The notes: generated by a model not told the origin, from the sequence alone. A stretch of 64,000 nt of DNA from an uncultured Planctomycetales bacterium (GCA_964427405.1 CAYRUB010000003.1:64946-128945), one strand, 5' to 3'; numbered from the stretch's first letter, positions 37,749 to 48,700 are shown. Numbers and translations are program-made.

Positions 37749-39484
37749 ATTTTTACAGCACCCTGCCCGGATTTATCTAACAGAAAACTGCCCATAACCA
37801 GATAATCCATTTCTGTGCGCATAAAGCACTTAAAAGCATCCTGTGGAGTCAAAACTAACGGTTCTCCTCTTACATTAAAAGAAGTATTGATCACAACCGG
37901 ACATCCTGTTTTTTGATAAAACTGATTTATAAGTTCATAATAAAGCGGATTATCTTCTCTGGAAACAGTCTGCACCCTGGCAGTATAATCTACGTGAGTA
38001 ACTGCGGGTATAGCAGAATGCTTATTTTCTTTTTTTACCAGAGCGACTAAAAGCATATACGGGCTTTCTTTATCTAAATCAAACCATTCATTTGCTTTTT
38101 CTCTTAAGACCGTAGGGGCAAACGGGCGGAATGATTCACGATATTTAATTTTCAGGTTCATCCTGGATCGCATATCCGCATTACGCGCGTCTCCGATAAT
38201 ACTTCTTGCCCCTAATGCCCGAGGCCCAAACTCTATGCGCCCTTGAAACCAACCGATAACTTTACCCTGCGCGATTAAATCTGACACCTCTCCCGCGATA
38301 GCCTTATCATCAAGCCGCCTATGAGGAATATTAAATCCTGTCAAAAATTTTTCAATATAATCATCACTGTAAGACGGGCCCAATAATGAACCTTTTTGCG
38401 CATCATGTTTATCATCGGCAATACGTTTGTTTCCTAAATATTTATACCAGATCAAAAGAGCGGCCCCTAACGCTCCACCGGCATCCCCGCTTGCCGGCTG
38501 GATCCAAATATTTTTAAACGGGCCTTCCCGCAATATCCTGCCGTTTCCCACGCAATTTAAGGCTACGCCCCCGGCTAAACAAAGATTCTCCTGTCCGGTT
38601 ACCTTCTGCACCTGACAGGCCATTTTAAGCATTATTTCCCCCGTAACATCCTGTATAGAAGCAGCTACATCCTTGTATTTCTGAGTTATCTCTGTTTCAG
38701 GTTTTCTGGGGGGAGCGCCGAAGAGACGGTCAAAACGATGATTTGTCATACGCAAGCTGTTACAATAACCAAAATACTTCATATTAATTTTAAAAGACCC
38801 GTCGTCTTTAAGATCTATCAGTTTACCTAAAATTAAATCTTTATAAATAGGCCTGCCATACGGGGCAAGCCCCATAAGCTTATATTCCCCTGAGTTAACT
38901 TTAAAGCCGCAATAATAAGTAAATGCTGAATAAAGTAACCCCAGGGAATGCGGGAATCTAAGATAATATTGGATATCTAATTCATTGCCCCTGCCTACGC
39001 CAAAACTTGCCGTCTCCCATTCTCCTACTCCGTCCATAGTCAGGAACGCGGCTTCCCTAAAAGGTGAGGCATAAAACGCGCTTGCAGCATGCGATTCGTG
39101 ATGCTCGCTAAATAAAATCTTCCCCTTATAACGCAGCCCCTTCCTGATCAGCTCGGAGATCCAAAGCTTCTGATTTAACCATAACGGAATAGCTTGGATA
39201 AATCCAGTTATTCCTCCGGGCGCGTAAGCAAGGGCGGTTTCAAGAATACGCTCAAATTTAATAAATGGCTTATCATAAAAAACTACAAAATCTAAATCAC
39301 TGGCGTTGATACCAGCCTCTTTCAGGCAATAATCTATCGCGTTTTTAGGAAAATTAAAATCGTGTTTCTTGCGGCTAAAACGCTCTTCCTGAACCGCGGC
39401 AATAATTTCCCCGTCGCAAACTAAACAAGCGGCGCTATCATGGTAAAAACAAGAAATCCCTAGAATATAAATTTTTTCCTTCAC
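37745..39484 (-). CDS. O-carbamoyltransferase (NodU/CmcH/SxtI family)
   Basis: GISCFYHDSAA, HHESHAASAF, DGVGEW, SGEYKLMGLAPYG, EFGPRALGARS, NTSFNVRGEP. Confidence 0.95.
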   Translation of the reverse strand: MKEKIYILGISCFYHDSAACLVCDGEIIAAVQEERFSRKKHDFNFPKNAIDYCLKEAGINASDLDFVVFYDKPFIKFERILETALAYAPGGITGFIQAIPLWLNQKLWISELIRKGLRYKGKILFSEHHESHAASAFYASPFREAAFLTMDGVGEWETASFGVGRGNELDIQYYLRFPHSLGLLYSAFTYYCGFKVNSGEYKLMGLAPYGRPIYKDLILGKLIDLKDDGSFKINMKYFGYCNSLRMTNHRFDRLFGAPPRKPETEITQKYKDVAASIQDVTGEIMLKMACQVQKVTGQENLCLAGGVALNCVGNGRILREGPFKNIWIQPASGDAGGALGAALLIWYKYLGNKRIADDKHDAQKGSLLGPSYSDDYIEKFLTGFNIPHRRLDDKAIAGEVSDLIAQGKVIGWFQGRIEFGPRALGARSIIGDARNADMRSRMNLKIKYRESFRPFAPTVLREKANEWFDLDKESPYMLLVALVKKENKHSAIPAVTHVDYTARVQTVSREDNPLYYELINQFYQKTGCPVVINTSFNVRGEPLVLTPQDAFKCFMRTEMDYLVMGSFLLDKSGQGAVKI

Positions 39485-40161
39485 TTGTGATTACTAAATC
39501 TAAAATATATTATCCTCATTATTGCCCAAAGCCCATCGCGAATCTTTATCTTCTTTCCCTCTTTATACGAACGCGGCTTATACGAAACAGGCACCTCCAG
39601 TATACGCATACCCTTCTTTATCGCCTCAGCCAATATCTCAATATCAATATCAAAACTATTTGACTTAAGGCCCAGCCCTAAAATGCTGTCCCTACGCATA
39701 AGCTTATAGCAGCTAAAACAATCATTTAGCTTAACGCCGAACAATTTATTCATTAATCCGGTTAGAAAACGGTTACCTATCTTGTGAAGTAATATCCCGC
39801 GATACCCTTCGGTGAACCGGGCGCCTAAAACCATATCAACCCCTTGATTATTTATCGCCTCTAAAAGTTTAAGATAATCATTAGGATCATATTCTAAATC
39901 CGCATCCTGAATAATAATAAACTCGCCTGTCGCATTCTCTAAGCCTGTGCGCACCGCAGCGCCCTTGTCCCTTTTACTGACATGATGTATAACCTTTAGG
40001 TTATTAAAAGAAAGCGAGTTTAAGATTGACGCAGTGCGGTCTTTTGAACAATCATTAACCACAATAATCTCTTTTTCAATAGGCAAGTTGTTAACCTTAC
40101 TTATTATTTCCTCAATTGTCTTTTCTTCATTATAAACAGGTATCAAAACAGAGAGTGTCAT
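39481..40161 (-). CDS. GT2 polyprenol-phosphate glycosyltransferase (DPM1-like)
   Basis: IPVYNE, QDADLEYDP, EGKKI. Confidence 0.88.
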   Translation of the reverse strand: MTLSVLIPVYNEEKTIEEIISKVNNLPIEKEIIVVNDCSKDRTASILNSLSFNNLKVIHHVSKRDKGAAVRTGLENATGEFIIIQDADLEYDPNDYLKLLEAINNQGVDMVLGARFTEGYRGILLHKIGNRFLTGLMNKLFGVKLNDCFSCYKLMRRDSILGLGLKSNSFDIDIEILAEAIKKGMRILEVPVSYKPRSYKEGKKIKIRDGLWAIMRIIYFRFSNHK

Positions 40162-40169
40162 GATTTGCC

Positions 40170-40946
40170 TTAATCTGGCTTTTTCTTGCTTCTGATTAAA
40201 TTATAATAACCTGAAAGCTTTATCCAAAGAGAAAGCGGCTTAAATGTATCCGCATTGGTCATTTTGACTCTTTTAAGCTCATAGGCATCGCGGTTAAAAT
40301 TAACAAGGCCGCGGTTTGTCGTACAGGCCCCCAGATAGCCCGCTCCCTTAACCAACCCCTTGACTCTTTCGTTGAATCCTCCGGAAGGATAGCAAAAATA
40401 ATCCACGGCAGCACCAATCTCTTGCTCGATTTTTATTTTGGGGCTTACTATTTCCTCCCAGGCGGTCTTTTCATCCATATAAGATCCAAGATAAAAATGG
40501 GTTTTGGTATGCACGCCAAAAGATATATTATTTTTAGACATTATCCTTACTTCATCCCAATTCAAGAATCTTTTTTCACCTCCTACAAAATCAGAGATAA
40601 GAAAGATTGTCGCGGGAAACCCGAATTTCCTTAAAACAGGATAAGCATATTTGAAATTATCCTGATAACCGTCATCAAAAGTAATAACTACCTTATTATT
40701 CTTAAGCCGCTGTTTACTTTTTATGCTCCCGGCTAATTCATCCAAGGTTATTACCTCGTAACCTTTATTTTTAATATATTCCAGCTGCTTAGCAAAATTT
40801 TCAGGGCTCACAAAATGATTGTCTTTCTGGTAATTAATACTGTGATACATCAAAATAGGCACCGCATATCTCGGAGAAAGCCAGAAAAAATAAAAAGCTG
40901 CCAGCAAAATAATTATTAAAAATAATACGATAATATTCTTTTTCAT
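40170..40946 (-). CDS. Polysaccharide deacetylase (CE4), membrane-anchored
   Basis: PILMYH, ITFDDGY, HTKTH, FCYPSG. Confidence 0.9.
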   Translation of the reverse strand: MKKNIIVLFLIIILLAAFYFFWLSPRYAVPILMYHSINYQKDNHFVSPENFAKQLEYIKNKGYEVITLDELAGSIKSKQRLKNNKVVITFDDGYQDNFKYAYPVLRKFGFPATIFLISDFVGGEKRFLNWDEVRIMSKNNISFGVHTKTHFYLGSYMDEKTAWEEIVSPKIKIEQEIGAAVDYFCYPSGGFNERVKGLVKGAGYLGACTTNRGLVNFNRDAYELKRVKMTNADTFKPLSLWIKLSGYYNLIRSKKKPD

Positions 40947-40948
40947 AT

Positions 40949-42181
40949 TTAGAAACGAGTTTGCGCCACTCTCTCCAGCCGCCTTAAAGACAGGCAAATC
41001 CCAATCAAGTACCAGAATATCATTGCTACTCTAGAATTATAAAGGCTGGTCTCGGTTAGGCCGTTAACTAAAAAGGCAAAAAGGCAGGCAATTAAAGATA
41101 AACAGGCCGCCCTCAGGTATTCATTTTTCAGGTTAAAATAACTGTTCCAGGCATTTTTAAAAATTAAAAACAGAAATACTAAAAAGGCAGCTAAACCCAA
41201 CAAGCCAATCTCCCCCGCCATCTGCAAATATATATTATGCGAATAAATAGTATCGGGAGTAGGCGCGTATTTCTCCGCGCTTTCTGTTTTATATTTACCA
41301 TAGTTTCTAGAAAAGGTGTTCACTCCCACGCCTATAAACGGATGATGCTTGATCATGTTAATAGTATTACTGTAAATACTGATCCTGTCCTGATTAAGCA
41401 TAAATACCGCTGGATTATAATTAACCTCTTTTGCCCATTTTTTTATATCTTTGGGCATTACAAAAGGAAAAATTATCAGGATTGCCGCCAAGCCGGAAAT
41501 CAATAACTTTTTCCTGCCGCTAATACCCAAAAACAAAATTGCTAAAAAAACAGCTACCCCCGCTCCCCGGGAAAGGGTTAAAAATAAACCGCCTAATGCC
41601 AAAATGCTTAAGCAGGACATCAACAGTTTCTTCTTCCCTTTAAAATAAAGAATACTCAAACCGGCAATCAGCGGGATCAATGCCGCCAAATAAATCCCTA
41701 AAAGGTTGGGGTTCGGAAATGAAGCTGAGGCGCGCGCCAATCCAGCTTGATGATGCAAAGCAACCCTGTGCACAAAATCAAAACCAAAGAGAAATTGCCA
41801 TATTGCATCGATGGACACCAGGGTAATCCCGCAGCAAACCGAAAAGATAATCCTTTTTAAGTGCCGCTCATCCTTGATTCCTTCGCTACAGACAACAAAA
41901 ATTAATAGACTTTTCAACAACTTGACTATGCCTTGCACGCTCGTATCCAGGCTCACTGAATTTACAAAAGAAAGTAAAGAAATTAAAATAATGGCGCTAA
42001 AAGAAATCCAGATCTTTCTCTCTTTAAATAACCCTTCTTTCTTGAATAATTTAATTATTATAAAGGATATGCAAAACAAGCCGATAAAGACATTGGCTAA
42101 CCCGGGCGCGATAGCTACAGCAAAAGGCATAGCTACGATTGACCAATAAAGAATAAAATCCAAAACTTGCAGTATTTTCAT
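40949..42181 (-). CDS. O-antigen ligase family protein
   Basis: Multi-TM; FPNPN, TLSRG, GVGVNTF, HNIYLQ..E.G. Confidence 0.88.
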   Translation of the reverse strand: MKILQVLDFILYWSIVAMPFAVAIAPGLANVFIGLFCISFIIIKLFKKEGLFKERKIWISFSAIILISLLSFVNSVSLDTSVQGIVKLLKSLLIFVVCSEGIKDERHLKRIIFSVCCGITLVSIDAIWQFLFGFDFVHRVALHHQAGLARASASFPNPNLLGIYLAALIPLIAGLSILYFKGKKKLLMSCLSILALGGLFLTLSRGAGVAVFLAILFLGISGRKKLLISGLAAILIIFPFVMPKDIKKWAKEVNYNPAVFMLNQDRISIYSNTINMIKHHPFIGVGVNTFSRNYGKYKTESAEKYAPTPDTIYSHNIYLQMAGEIGLLGLAAFLVFLFLIFKNAWNSYFNLKNEYLRAACLSLIACLFAFLVNGLTETSLYNSRVAMIFWYLIGICLSLRRLERVAQTRF

Positions 42182-42185
42182 AATT

Positions 42186-42863
42186 TTATCTCCCTAGCCT
42201 GTATTTAAGCATCGCGAAAATTGCCTGAAAAGCATCACCTATCCTGATTTTCTTGCCTTCTTTATAGGAACGCGGATGATAAGAGGCATGCACCTCTTTA
42301 ATCCTAAAACCTTTGCGTAAAGCCTTGCAAATAATTTCCACATCAATATCAAAACTTGTTGCCTGTAATCCCAGGGAATTGAATGCCTCCCTGCGTGCCA
42401 GCTTATAACAAGTAGCGTAATCGTTTAACTTTACGCCAAAAAGAAAATTCAAAGCAAATGTCAAAAACCTATTACCCGCCCTATGCATGAATAGCCCGTG
42501 GTAGCCCTTAAAGAAACGCGCCCCTAAAACCAAATCAGCCTTGCCATCTTTAATCGCCTCAAATAAAACCGGGTAATCATTAGGGTCATATTCCAGGTCG
42601 GCATCCTGCGCGATGACATACTCCCCGCAGGCATTACCCAGCCCGGTTAGAAAAGAGGCGCCCTTGCCCCGGTTAGTGGCATGATAAATAATCCTTAAAT
42701 TTTCATAATGTAAATCCCTTAATATTTTATGCGTGCCGTCAGTGGAACAATTGTCGACTATGATAATCTCCTTATCGATATCTACAGAATGAACTCTTTC
42801 GATTATCTGCCCAATGGTCTTTTCTTCGTTATAAACCGGGACAATTACTGATATAAGCGGCAT
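42186..42863 (-). CDS. GT2 polyprenol-phosphate glycosyltransferase (DPM1-like)
   Basis: VPVYNE, QDADLEYDP, EGKKI. Confidence 0.88.
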   Translation of the reverse strand: MPLISVIVPVYNEEKTIGQIIERVHSVDIDKEIIIVDNCSTDGTHKILRDLHYENLRIIYHATNRGKGASFLTGLGNACGEYVIAQDADLEYDPNDYPVLFEAIKDGKADLVLGARFFKGYHGLFMHRAGNRFLTFALNFLFGVKLNDYATCYKLARREAFNSLGLQATSFDIDVEIICKALRKGFRIKEVHASYHPRSYKEGKKIRIGDAFQAIFAMLKYRLGR

Positions 42864-42878
42864 AAATTCTCCTATACG

Positions 42879-43856
42879 TCATTGCGAAGCGTACTCTTTG
42901 TACCATTTATAAGTTGCCTCTAAGCCCTGCTTAAGCGAATACTTGGGCTGCCATCCTAGAATCCTTTTTGCCTTAGCGCTGGAAAGATATTGCCTGTCAA
43001 TCTCGCCTTTTATTTTACCCTTGCTCAATATCTTGGGGGATAATCCGGATTTTCCAGAGATCTTAAGGATCATTTTTACAAGTTTAATTACACTTATCGG
43101 CTTACCAATGCCAAAATTAAAAGCTTCTCCAAAGCTCACTTTCTTTTTTAATAAACCGGCGGCCAAAATAAAATACGCATCAACAATATCCCCCACAAAA
43201 GCATAATCTCTCAAAGGAGTCCCATCGCTTCTTATAATTGGATTTCTTCCCTGGATAGCCGCACGGCAAGTATCCGGAATAATCCTTGAGAAATTTAAAT
43301 CACCCGGCCCATATATATTAGCACAACGGGTAACGGCTACCGGGAGTTTGTAAGTGTGGGCGTATGTCCTGCTAAGGATATCCGCGCAAGATTTAGAGGC
43401 ATCATAAGGATGCAGGGCAATTAAAGGCGCTTCTTCCTTGTAAGGAAGCTTCTTGTGCTCTCCGTATGCCTTATCACTCGAGGCAACAACCATAGCCTTA
43501 ACCCCAAAAACCCGGGCCGCTTCAAGTATATTCCATGTCCCCTCAATATTTGTCTTAAATGTACCTAGCGGCGAATCATTGGCTATTCCCACGATTGCCT
43601 GGGCTGCAATATGAAAACAAACATCAATTTTGTTATTCTTAAATATAGAATTTATGAGCTTGCTATCAGATAAATCACCCCGGTAAATCTTGGACCTACT
43701 GCCCAAATCCTCAAGGTTAAACAATGAAGAGCGAATATCCTCTTTTATCAAAACAATCACCTTGGCATTATAAGCCAGCGCCCTTTTTACCAAATGCGAA
43801 CCCAAAAAACCGTTTGCCCCCGTAATAAAAATAACCTTATTTCTCCAGATATTCAT
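42879..43856 (-). CDS. NDP-sugar dehydratase/epimerase (CDP-glucose 4,6-dehydratase-like SDR)
   Basis: TGANGFLG, SSDKAYG, YDASK; ATGA-coupled to rfbF. Confidence 0.85.
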   Translation of the reverse strand: MNIWRNKVIFITGANGFLGSHLVKRALAYNAKVIVLIKEDIRSSLFNLEDLGSRSKIYRGDLSDSKLINSIFKNNKIDVCFHIAAQAIVGIANDSPLGTFKTNIEGTWNILEAARVFGVKAMVVASSDKAYGEHKKLPYKEEAPLIALHPYDASKSCADILSRTYAHTYKLPVAVTRCANIYGPGDLNFSRIIPDTCRAAIQGRNPIIRSDGTPLRDYAFVGDIVDAYFILAAGLLKKKVSFGEAFNFGIGKPISVIKLVKMILKISGKSGLSPKILSKGKIKGEIDRQYLSSAKAKRILGWQPKYSLKQGLEATYKWYKEYASQ

Positions 43857-44566
43857 CTTTTCTCCATATTCTTTTTCCAAACCGCCTTATTTTTTTTCCA
43901 AAGATCGTTCAACTCAAGATTATCTTTATAAGTATCCATACACCTCCAGAAACCCAGATGCTTAAAAGCATTCAACTCTTTGTCTTTTAGAATCCGCTTG
44001 AAACTGTCTTTTTCCAGTATATCATTGTCCTTAAGATAGCTAAAAATATTCTTGTTAAATACAAAAAATCCGCTGTTTATCCAGTGATCCAGAATGGGCT
44101 TTTCTTCAAAGTGCGTAACTGCCTGAGTATGATTATCAACCCCTACAATACCAAACTGAGAAAATGGCCTGGCTACGGTAATCGTGGCGCTTTTATTATG
44201 CCTTTCATGGAATTTCACTAGTTCCGGTAAATTAATATCCGCAATCCCGTCTCCGTAAGTAGCGAAAAAATAATCCTCCCGGATAAACTTCTCGATTTTC
44301 TTGATCCTGCCTCCGGTATTGGTGTTCTCTCCAGTTTCCGCAAAGGTTATATTCCATTTACTTGAACCTGAAAAATATTCTTTTATTATCTCCCCTTTAT
44401 ACCCTAAACATAATATAAAATCATTAAACCCAAAATACGAATAAATACTCATTATGTGCCAAAGGATTGGCTTGCCCCCTATCGGAAATAAAACCTTAGG
44501 CAGCTCATCGCTGCCCATCCTCGTTCCTTTGCCGCCGCATAATATTACTGTCTTAATTTTTTGCAT
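43853..44566 (-). CDS. rfbF: Glucose-1-phosphate cytidylyltransferase-like
   Basis: LCGGKGTR, LGYKG, TGGRIK, TYGDG, FWRCMDT. Confidence 0.8.
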   Translation of the reverse strand: MQKIKTVILCGGKGTRMGSDELPKVLFPIGGKPILWHIMSIYSYFGFNDFILCLGYKGEIIKEYFSGSSKWNITFAETGENTNTGGRIKKIEKFIREDYFFATYGDGIADINLPELVKFHERHNKSATITVARPFSQFGIVGVDNHTQAVTHFEEKPILDHWINSGFFVFNKNIFSYLKDNDILEKDSFKRILKDKELNAFKHLGFWRCMDTYKDNLELNDLWKKNKAVWKKNMEKR

Positions 44567-45596
44567 TTTTATAACAAATAATTCTCCAGCTCTTTGGCCG
44601 GGTTAATAATCTTGGCAAAATTGTAAACCACAATAAAAATTTCTCAAACCTGGGATGCCTTTTAAAAAAATAAGCCAACTTTAGTTTAAAATCAAGCTTA
44701 GCGCCCCTGTTTTTACGCCTGGTAACATAATCAGCAGCCAAAGATAGAAATTCTATTTTAGCATTTCTAAACCCTCCATCACGGGCGGCCTTTTTCCACT
44801 CAACCAATGTGTAAGCAGTATCACCGTACCCCTTCTCCTCCATTTCCTTATAAACAGGATGAATCCTTTCCAATACCCCTCTCGATGTTTCATTAATTAA
44901 AACTAACCTTCCTCCGGGTTTTAAAACACGGTAGATCTCTACAAAGACCTTCTTCAAATCCTTGCTATGATGCAAAACAGCTGCGGCAAAAACAATGTCA
45001 AAAGTATTATCAACAAAAGGGATATTGTGCATATCAGAAAACATCCGGTCATAATATGCTTTTTTTATAAAAAGATTGGAGACTTTTAAATAATTACTAA
45101 TATCCGTTGCTACGACACTGCAGCCCTTTTGGGCAAATTTAAAAGAAGCATAGGAAAAAGAAGCCCCGATTTCAAGTATCTTCTCCTGGCCCGTAAGTGA
45201 TAGCCGGTTAAAAGTAGAATAAAACCTATCCGAAGCTTCAGCTATAGTCTGGAAACTCCCACCTCTTTTGAAAAAATAAGACCCGTTTCCTTCAGGCAGA
45301 GAGAAAAATACATCGCTAAACTTCTGGATACTATCGGCGGTTATTTTATATTTATTCCCCTGCTCGTCTTTAATATAATCATCTATATCCATCGCTTCTC
45401 TCTCACGGGATATCGCCTTATTCATGTTCTTTAAGAAATTAACTATTCCATCCTGAATCTGATAGGATGCCCCGCATTTATTACAAATAAGCTTTCCATT
45501 AAATATTTCAAGTTGGCTCGATTCCTCTTCCGCTACAGAAAACGAACTACTTTTACAATCAAGGCACATTAAATTATTTAAAAGTGATTTTCTCAT
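44553..45596 (-). CDS. SAM methyltransferase with N-terminal Trm112-like Zn knuckle
   Basis: LMCLDC...GKLICNKC..SYQIQDGI, then ILEIGA, VLHH, LKPGG. Confidence 0.8.
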   Translation of the reverse strand: MRKSLLNNLMCLDCKSSSFSVAEEESSQLEIFNGKLICNKCGASYQIQDGIVNFLKNMNKAISREREAMDIDDYIKDEQGNKYKITADSIQKFSDVFFSLPEGNGSYFFKRGGSFQTIAEASDRFYSTFNRLSLTGQEKILEIGASFSYASFKFAQKGCSVVATDISNYLKVSNLFIKKAYYDRMFSDMHNIPFVDNTFDIVFAAAVLHHSKDLKKVFVEIYRVLKPGGRLVLINETSRGVLERIHPVYKEMEEKGYGDTAYTLVEWKKAARDGGFRNAKIEFLSLAADYVTRRKNRGAKLDFKLKLAYFFKRHPRFEKFLLWFTILPRLLTRPKSWRIICYKNAKN

Positions 45597-45602
45597 ATAT
45601 AT

Positions 45603-46583
45603 TTACATATGCATAAAACCATTATTCCGGCATATTCCGCAGATAGTGCTTGCAGAGTATCTTCTGCTTAATACCTCTTTACGCGCTCTGACAAAAGAAT
45701 TATTATTCCAAATCTCCTTAATAGACTGCTTACTGGCATCCCCAAAATCACGGCCTCCATATACAGCGCAACACGGAAAAACCTTACCATCCCAATTAAT
45801 ACTAATCTCCTGCCATAGCTTCCTACAACTCCGGATCTGTTTCTTAGTTTTCAGTTTATCCTTATCATATGCGCTATATTGAGGATTATCCGGGATCCAG
45901 GCAATATCCTGCTTGATAGCCTCGGAGTGAGGCTTAAGTATTTCATCCTTCATAGAAGTACGCATCAAGCCAATCCGGAAATCAGCCCCTATCAAAGATG
46001 CCATGCGGCGCGCCTGCTCTACTTCATGTTCATTATGTTTAAAAACAATAAAATTCCATACAACGCAAACCTTAACCTCAAGACGACGCTTTTCGCTTAT
46101 GAGATAACGCATATTCTCCAGGACTAAATCAAAATTACCCCCTACCCTATATTGAGAATATGCATCCTGGCTGGCGCCGTCACAAGATACGATAATTTCA
46201 TCTATTCCGCTTTTTAGTAAATCCGTCAGCTTCTCTTTCTGGTTAATATTTAAATTAGTGCTTATGATGATCCTAACTTTGTTATTTTTAGTTTTCGCGT
46301 ATCTAATCATCTGGCATAAATCATTATTCAATAACGGCTCGCCCCAATTAAATAAATAAACTTCGGTCAAAGAGCTGCTAAGCTGGTCAAATACATTTTT
46401 AAAAAGGCCGAATTCCATAAACCCCTTATGTAATTCCTTATCACCTTTACCGGTTGGGCAAAGCGGACAGCTTAAATTACAGACATTTCCGGGTTCGATA
46501 CCTAAAATAAACGGCAAATAAGGCAGCTTTGTAACTCTTAAAAACTTTACTAACTTTGTTCTTCTTTTCTTATACTTAAGCAT
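45603..46583 (-). CDS. Radical SAM/SPASM (twitch) protein
   Basis: CNLSCPLC, WGEPLL, C..LW...WDGKVFPCC, CGIC. Confidence 0.9.
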   Translation of the reverse strand: MLKYKKRRTKLVKFLRVTKLPYLPFILGIEPGNVCNLSCPLCPTGKGDKELHKGFMEFGLFKNVFDQLSSSLTEVYLFNWGEPLLNNDLCQMIRYAKTKNNKVRIIISTNLNINQKEKLTDLLKSGIDEIIVSCDGASQDAYSQYRVGGNFDLVLENMRYLISEKRRLEVKVCVVWNFIVFKHNEHEVEQARRMASLIGADFRIGLMRTSMKDEILKPHSEAIKQDIAWIPDNPQYSAYDKDKLKTKKQIRSCRKLWQEISINWDGKVFPCCAVYGGRDFGDASKQSIKEIWNNNSFVRARKEVLSRRYSASTICGICRNNGFMHM

Positions 46584-46604
46584 ATTTTACTAAACCGATA
46601 AGCA

Positions 46605-48686
46605 TTACTCTTTTAAGTCAACTGAATATATGTGTACAAGCGAATTTTTAAATAACAGCTTAAATAATTGCGGATGCTCGAATGCCCAATCATCTTCAAT
46701 AGGGAATTTATCAGGGTCAACTGATTCCCGGTTTTCAAGGACCGGCTTAGCTATAAACAAATATTCGGCTTTATATTTCTTGAGATTTTCTCTCCAAGCT
46801 GAGAAATCTTTGACTTCACGGTACAACCCATCAGGGTTATTGTAAGTAGTGATTTCTTTTTCATTAATAGAAACGTACTTCACTTCATTCTTAAGGCCCC
46901 TGCCATATAAAGGGTAGGCTTCTTGTCGGCCTGTATAGGCAACCCTCCCACCTTCTTTAGTTATATCATTAAGCGCCTTCCAGCCCCTCCTTAAATCAAT
47001 TTGCCATGCCTCATTCTTGCCAAGGCTAGATATATAGCGATTGTACTCTTCGTTATCATACCTATTGTTGGAATAGATCAGGAATAAAAATCCTAGAAAT
47101 AAACCAATCAACATAGTCTTACCAAAATTCTTATTTTCATAGAAAGCAGCCAATTGCTTTTTACAACGTATAAACAATACAAAACATGCTAAAGAAAGTA
47201 AAATTGATATGACTAATTCGTATCTATGAGCTAACTTAAAAACTGCAGCAAAAATTGATACAAATGAAATAACGGCTAAATATTTATCTCCACGCGACAG
47301 CTTAGTTACAAATATAACAGCAGTCAATAACCCCAAGCTCAAATACGGGTAAAAATACCGCACTATATACACATTAATAAAGATCTTGAATAAAATAAGC
47401 GCAACAAGAGGAGTAAAAAATAACAATAAATATTCCCATAAAGGTGATACCTTTTTCTTTAAATACCCATAAAAAAACAACGGTAGAAAAGTGCAGGGTA
47501 AGATCAAGGCAAAAAATTGAATACCTAAACCTTCCCTAAAAAGCCTTAATAAATTACTGTAATCGCTTGTAAACATATTGATTCTTAACAGACTAGCATC
47601 GAATAGCCCATTAAAAATAGTCCTGCCAAATATCTTCAATTTCACAGGAAATATGGGGTTCCCCACATATAAATAATTCTTTATATACATGTAACCACCA
47701 AACAAAATAATCATCAGGATAATCACGGCTGAAAATTGTAATGTCTTACTTAATGTAAATTTCCTTATTTTTACTTGCCTATATAACATATAAAGAATCA
47801 GGGGCAATAAAGCTGCCAGGTAAACAAAATTATGAAACTTAGTTCCGATAAAAAGCCCTGCTGATACCCCAAAAAGAATTGCGTTCTTTAAAGTAAGATC
47901 TCGTTTAAACAATAAAAGCATAAAAATTACCAAAAGAAATAATACCGCGCCAATAACATCTATGTTGTTAGCGGTTTTAAGCTGCTTAAAGATATTGGGT
48001 ATAAGCGCCCAAAGCAAGCCGCTTAGCAATGCTAACCCGCTATTTACGTTATATTTCTTTAGTATTGAATAGAAAGCTATTATACCAATAACGTAAAATG
48101 GAACTTCTCCTAAATCCGCTAAAAACGCGTTTCTCAAAGGCAACACTAACCAGGTAAAAAATAACTCAGCATTAATAGGAAAATAAGATGGCGCGCTATC
48201 TATCAATGAACCCGGGAAAAGAATAGGTTTTGACCCAAATATGAAAAAAGGAGTATCTAAAGTCCCACTTTTAATCCAGGAGGCGGGAAAAGCAAGATGA
48301 TATAGCAAGCTGTCAGCATCTAGCGGAGGATTAATTAAATTGATATATATGCTTACTAAAGCAAAGGAGGAAAAAATTGAAACTGCAAAAAGTATCAAAT
48401 TATTATTAATAAAAGGTTTTAAATCCGGTTTTATAAAGACAGGTGTTGTTTTTCGTGAATAAACCAACAGGACTATCAATAAAATTAAAAGATGGAATAT
48501 AAAAACATTAATAAAATAAAGTTTTCCAATAATGCCTAAAAAGTTAGTAACTAAAACAATTTGGGCAAGAAATAAAGTAAAACAGGTTAAAATTGAATCA
48601 CTTAATAAAACTATGCCAAAATACTTCCTTGTAAGGATCCAGGAACTAACCGTTACGATAACAATCTCTGCAATTAAATTTATCAT
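46605..48686 (-). CDS. Polytopic membrane protein, probable GT-C glycosyltransferase
   Basis: Many TM segments; DADSLLYHL, GTK, Y.KN...GNPIFP, RY..P. Confidence 0.65.
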   Translation of the reverse strand: MINLIAEIVIVTVSSWILTRKYFGIVLLSDSILTCFTLFLAQIVLVTNFLGIIGKLYFINVFIFHLLILLIVLLVYSRKTTPVFIKPDLKPFINNNLILFAVSIFSSFALVSIYINLINPPLDADSLLYHLAFPASWIKSGTLDTPFFIFGSKPILFPGSLIDSAPSYFPINAELFFTWLVLPLRNAFLADLGEVPFYVIGIIAFYSILKKYNVNSGLALLSGLLWALIPNIFKQLKTANNIDVIGAVLFLLVIFMLLLFKRDLTLKNAILFGVSAGLFIGTKFHNFVYLAALLPLILYMLYRQVKIRKFTLSKTLQFSAVIILMIILFGGYMYIKNYLYVGNPIFPVKLKIFGRTIFNGLFDASLLRINMFTSDYSNLLRLFREGLGIQFFALILPCTFLPLFFYGYLKKKVSPLWEYLLLFFTPLVALILFKIFINVYIVRYFYPYLSLGLLTAVIFVTKLSRGDKYLAVISFVSIFAAVFKLAHRYELVISILLSLACFVLFIRCKKQLAAFYENKNFGKTMLIGLFLGFLFLIYSNNRYDNEEYNRYISSLGKNEAWQIDLRRGWKALNDITKEGGRVAYTGRQEAYPLYGRGLKNEVKYVSINEKEITTYNNPDGLYREVKDFSAWRENLKKYKAEYLFIAKPVLENRESVDPDKFPIEDDWAFEHPQLFKLLFKNSLVHIYSVDLKE

Positions 48687-48700
48687 TTTTTATCTTATTC

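Noticed and set aside
37240-39484. Saxitoxin biosynthesis
   Set aside because: No sxtA/sxtG or other core genes; the context is surface glycan.
45603-46583. RiPP cluster around the radical SAM/SPASM gene
   Set aside because: No precursor peptide, RRE domain or transporter is visible; the neighbours are sugar-nucleotide genes.
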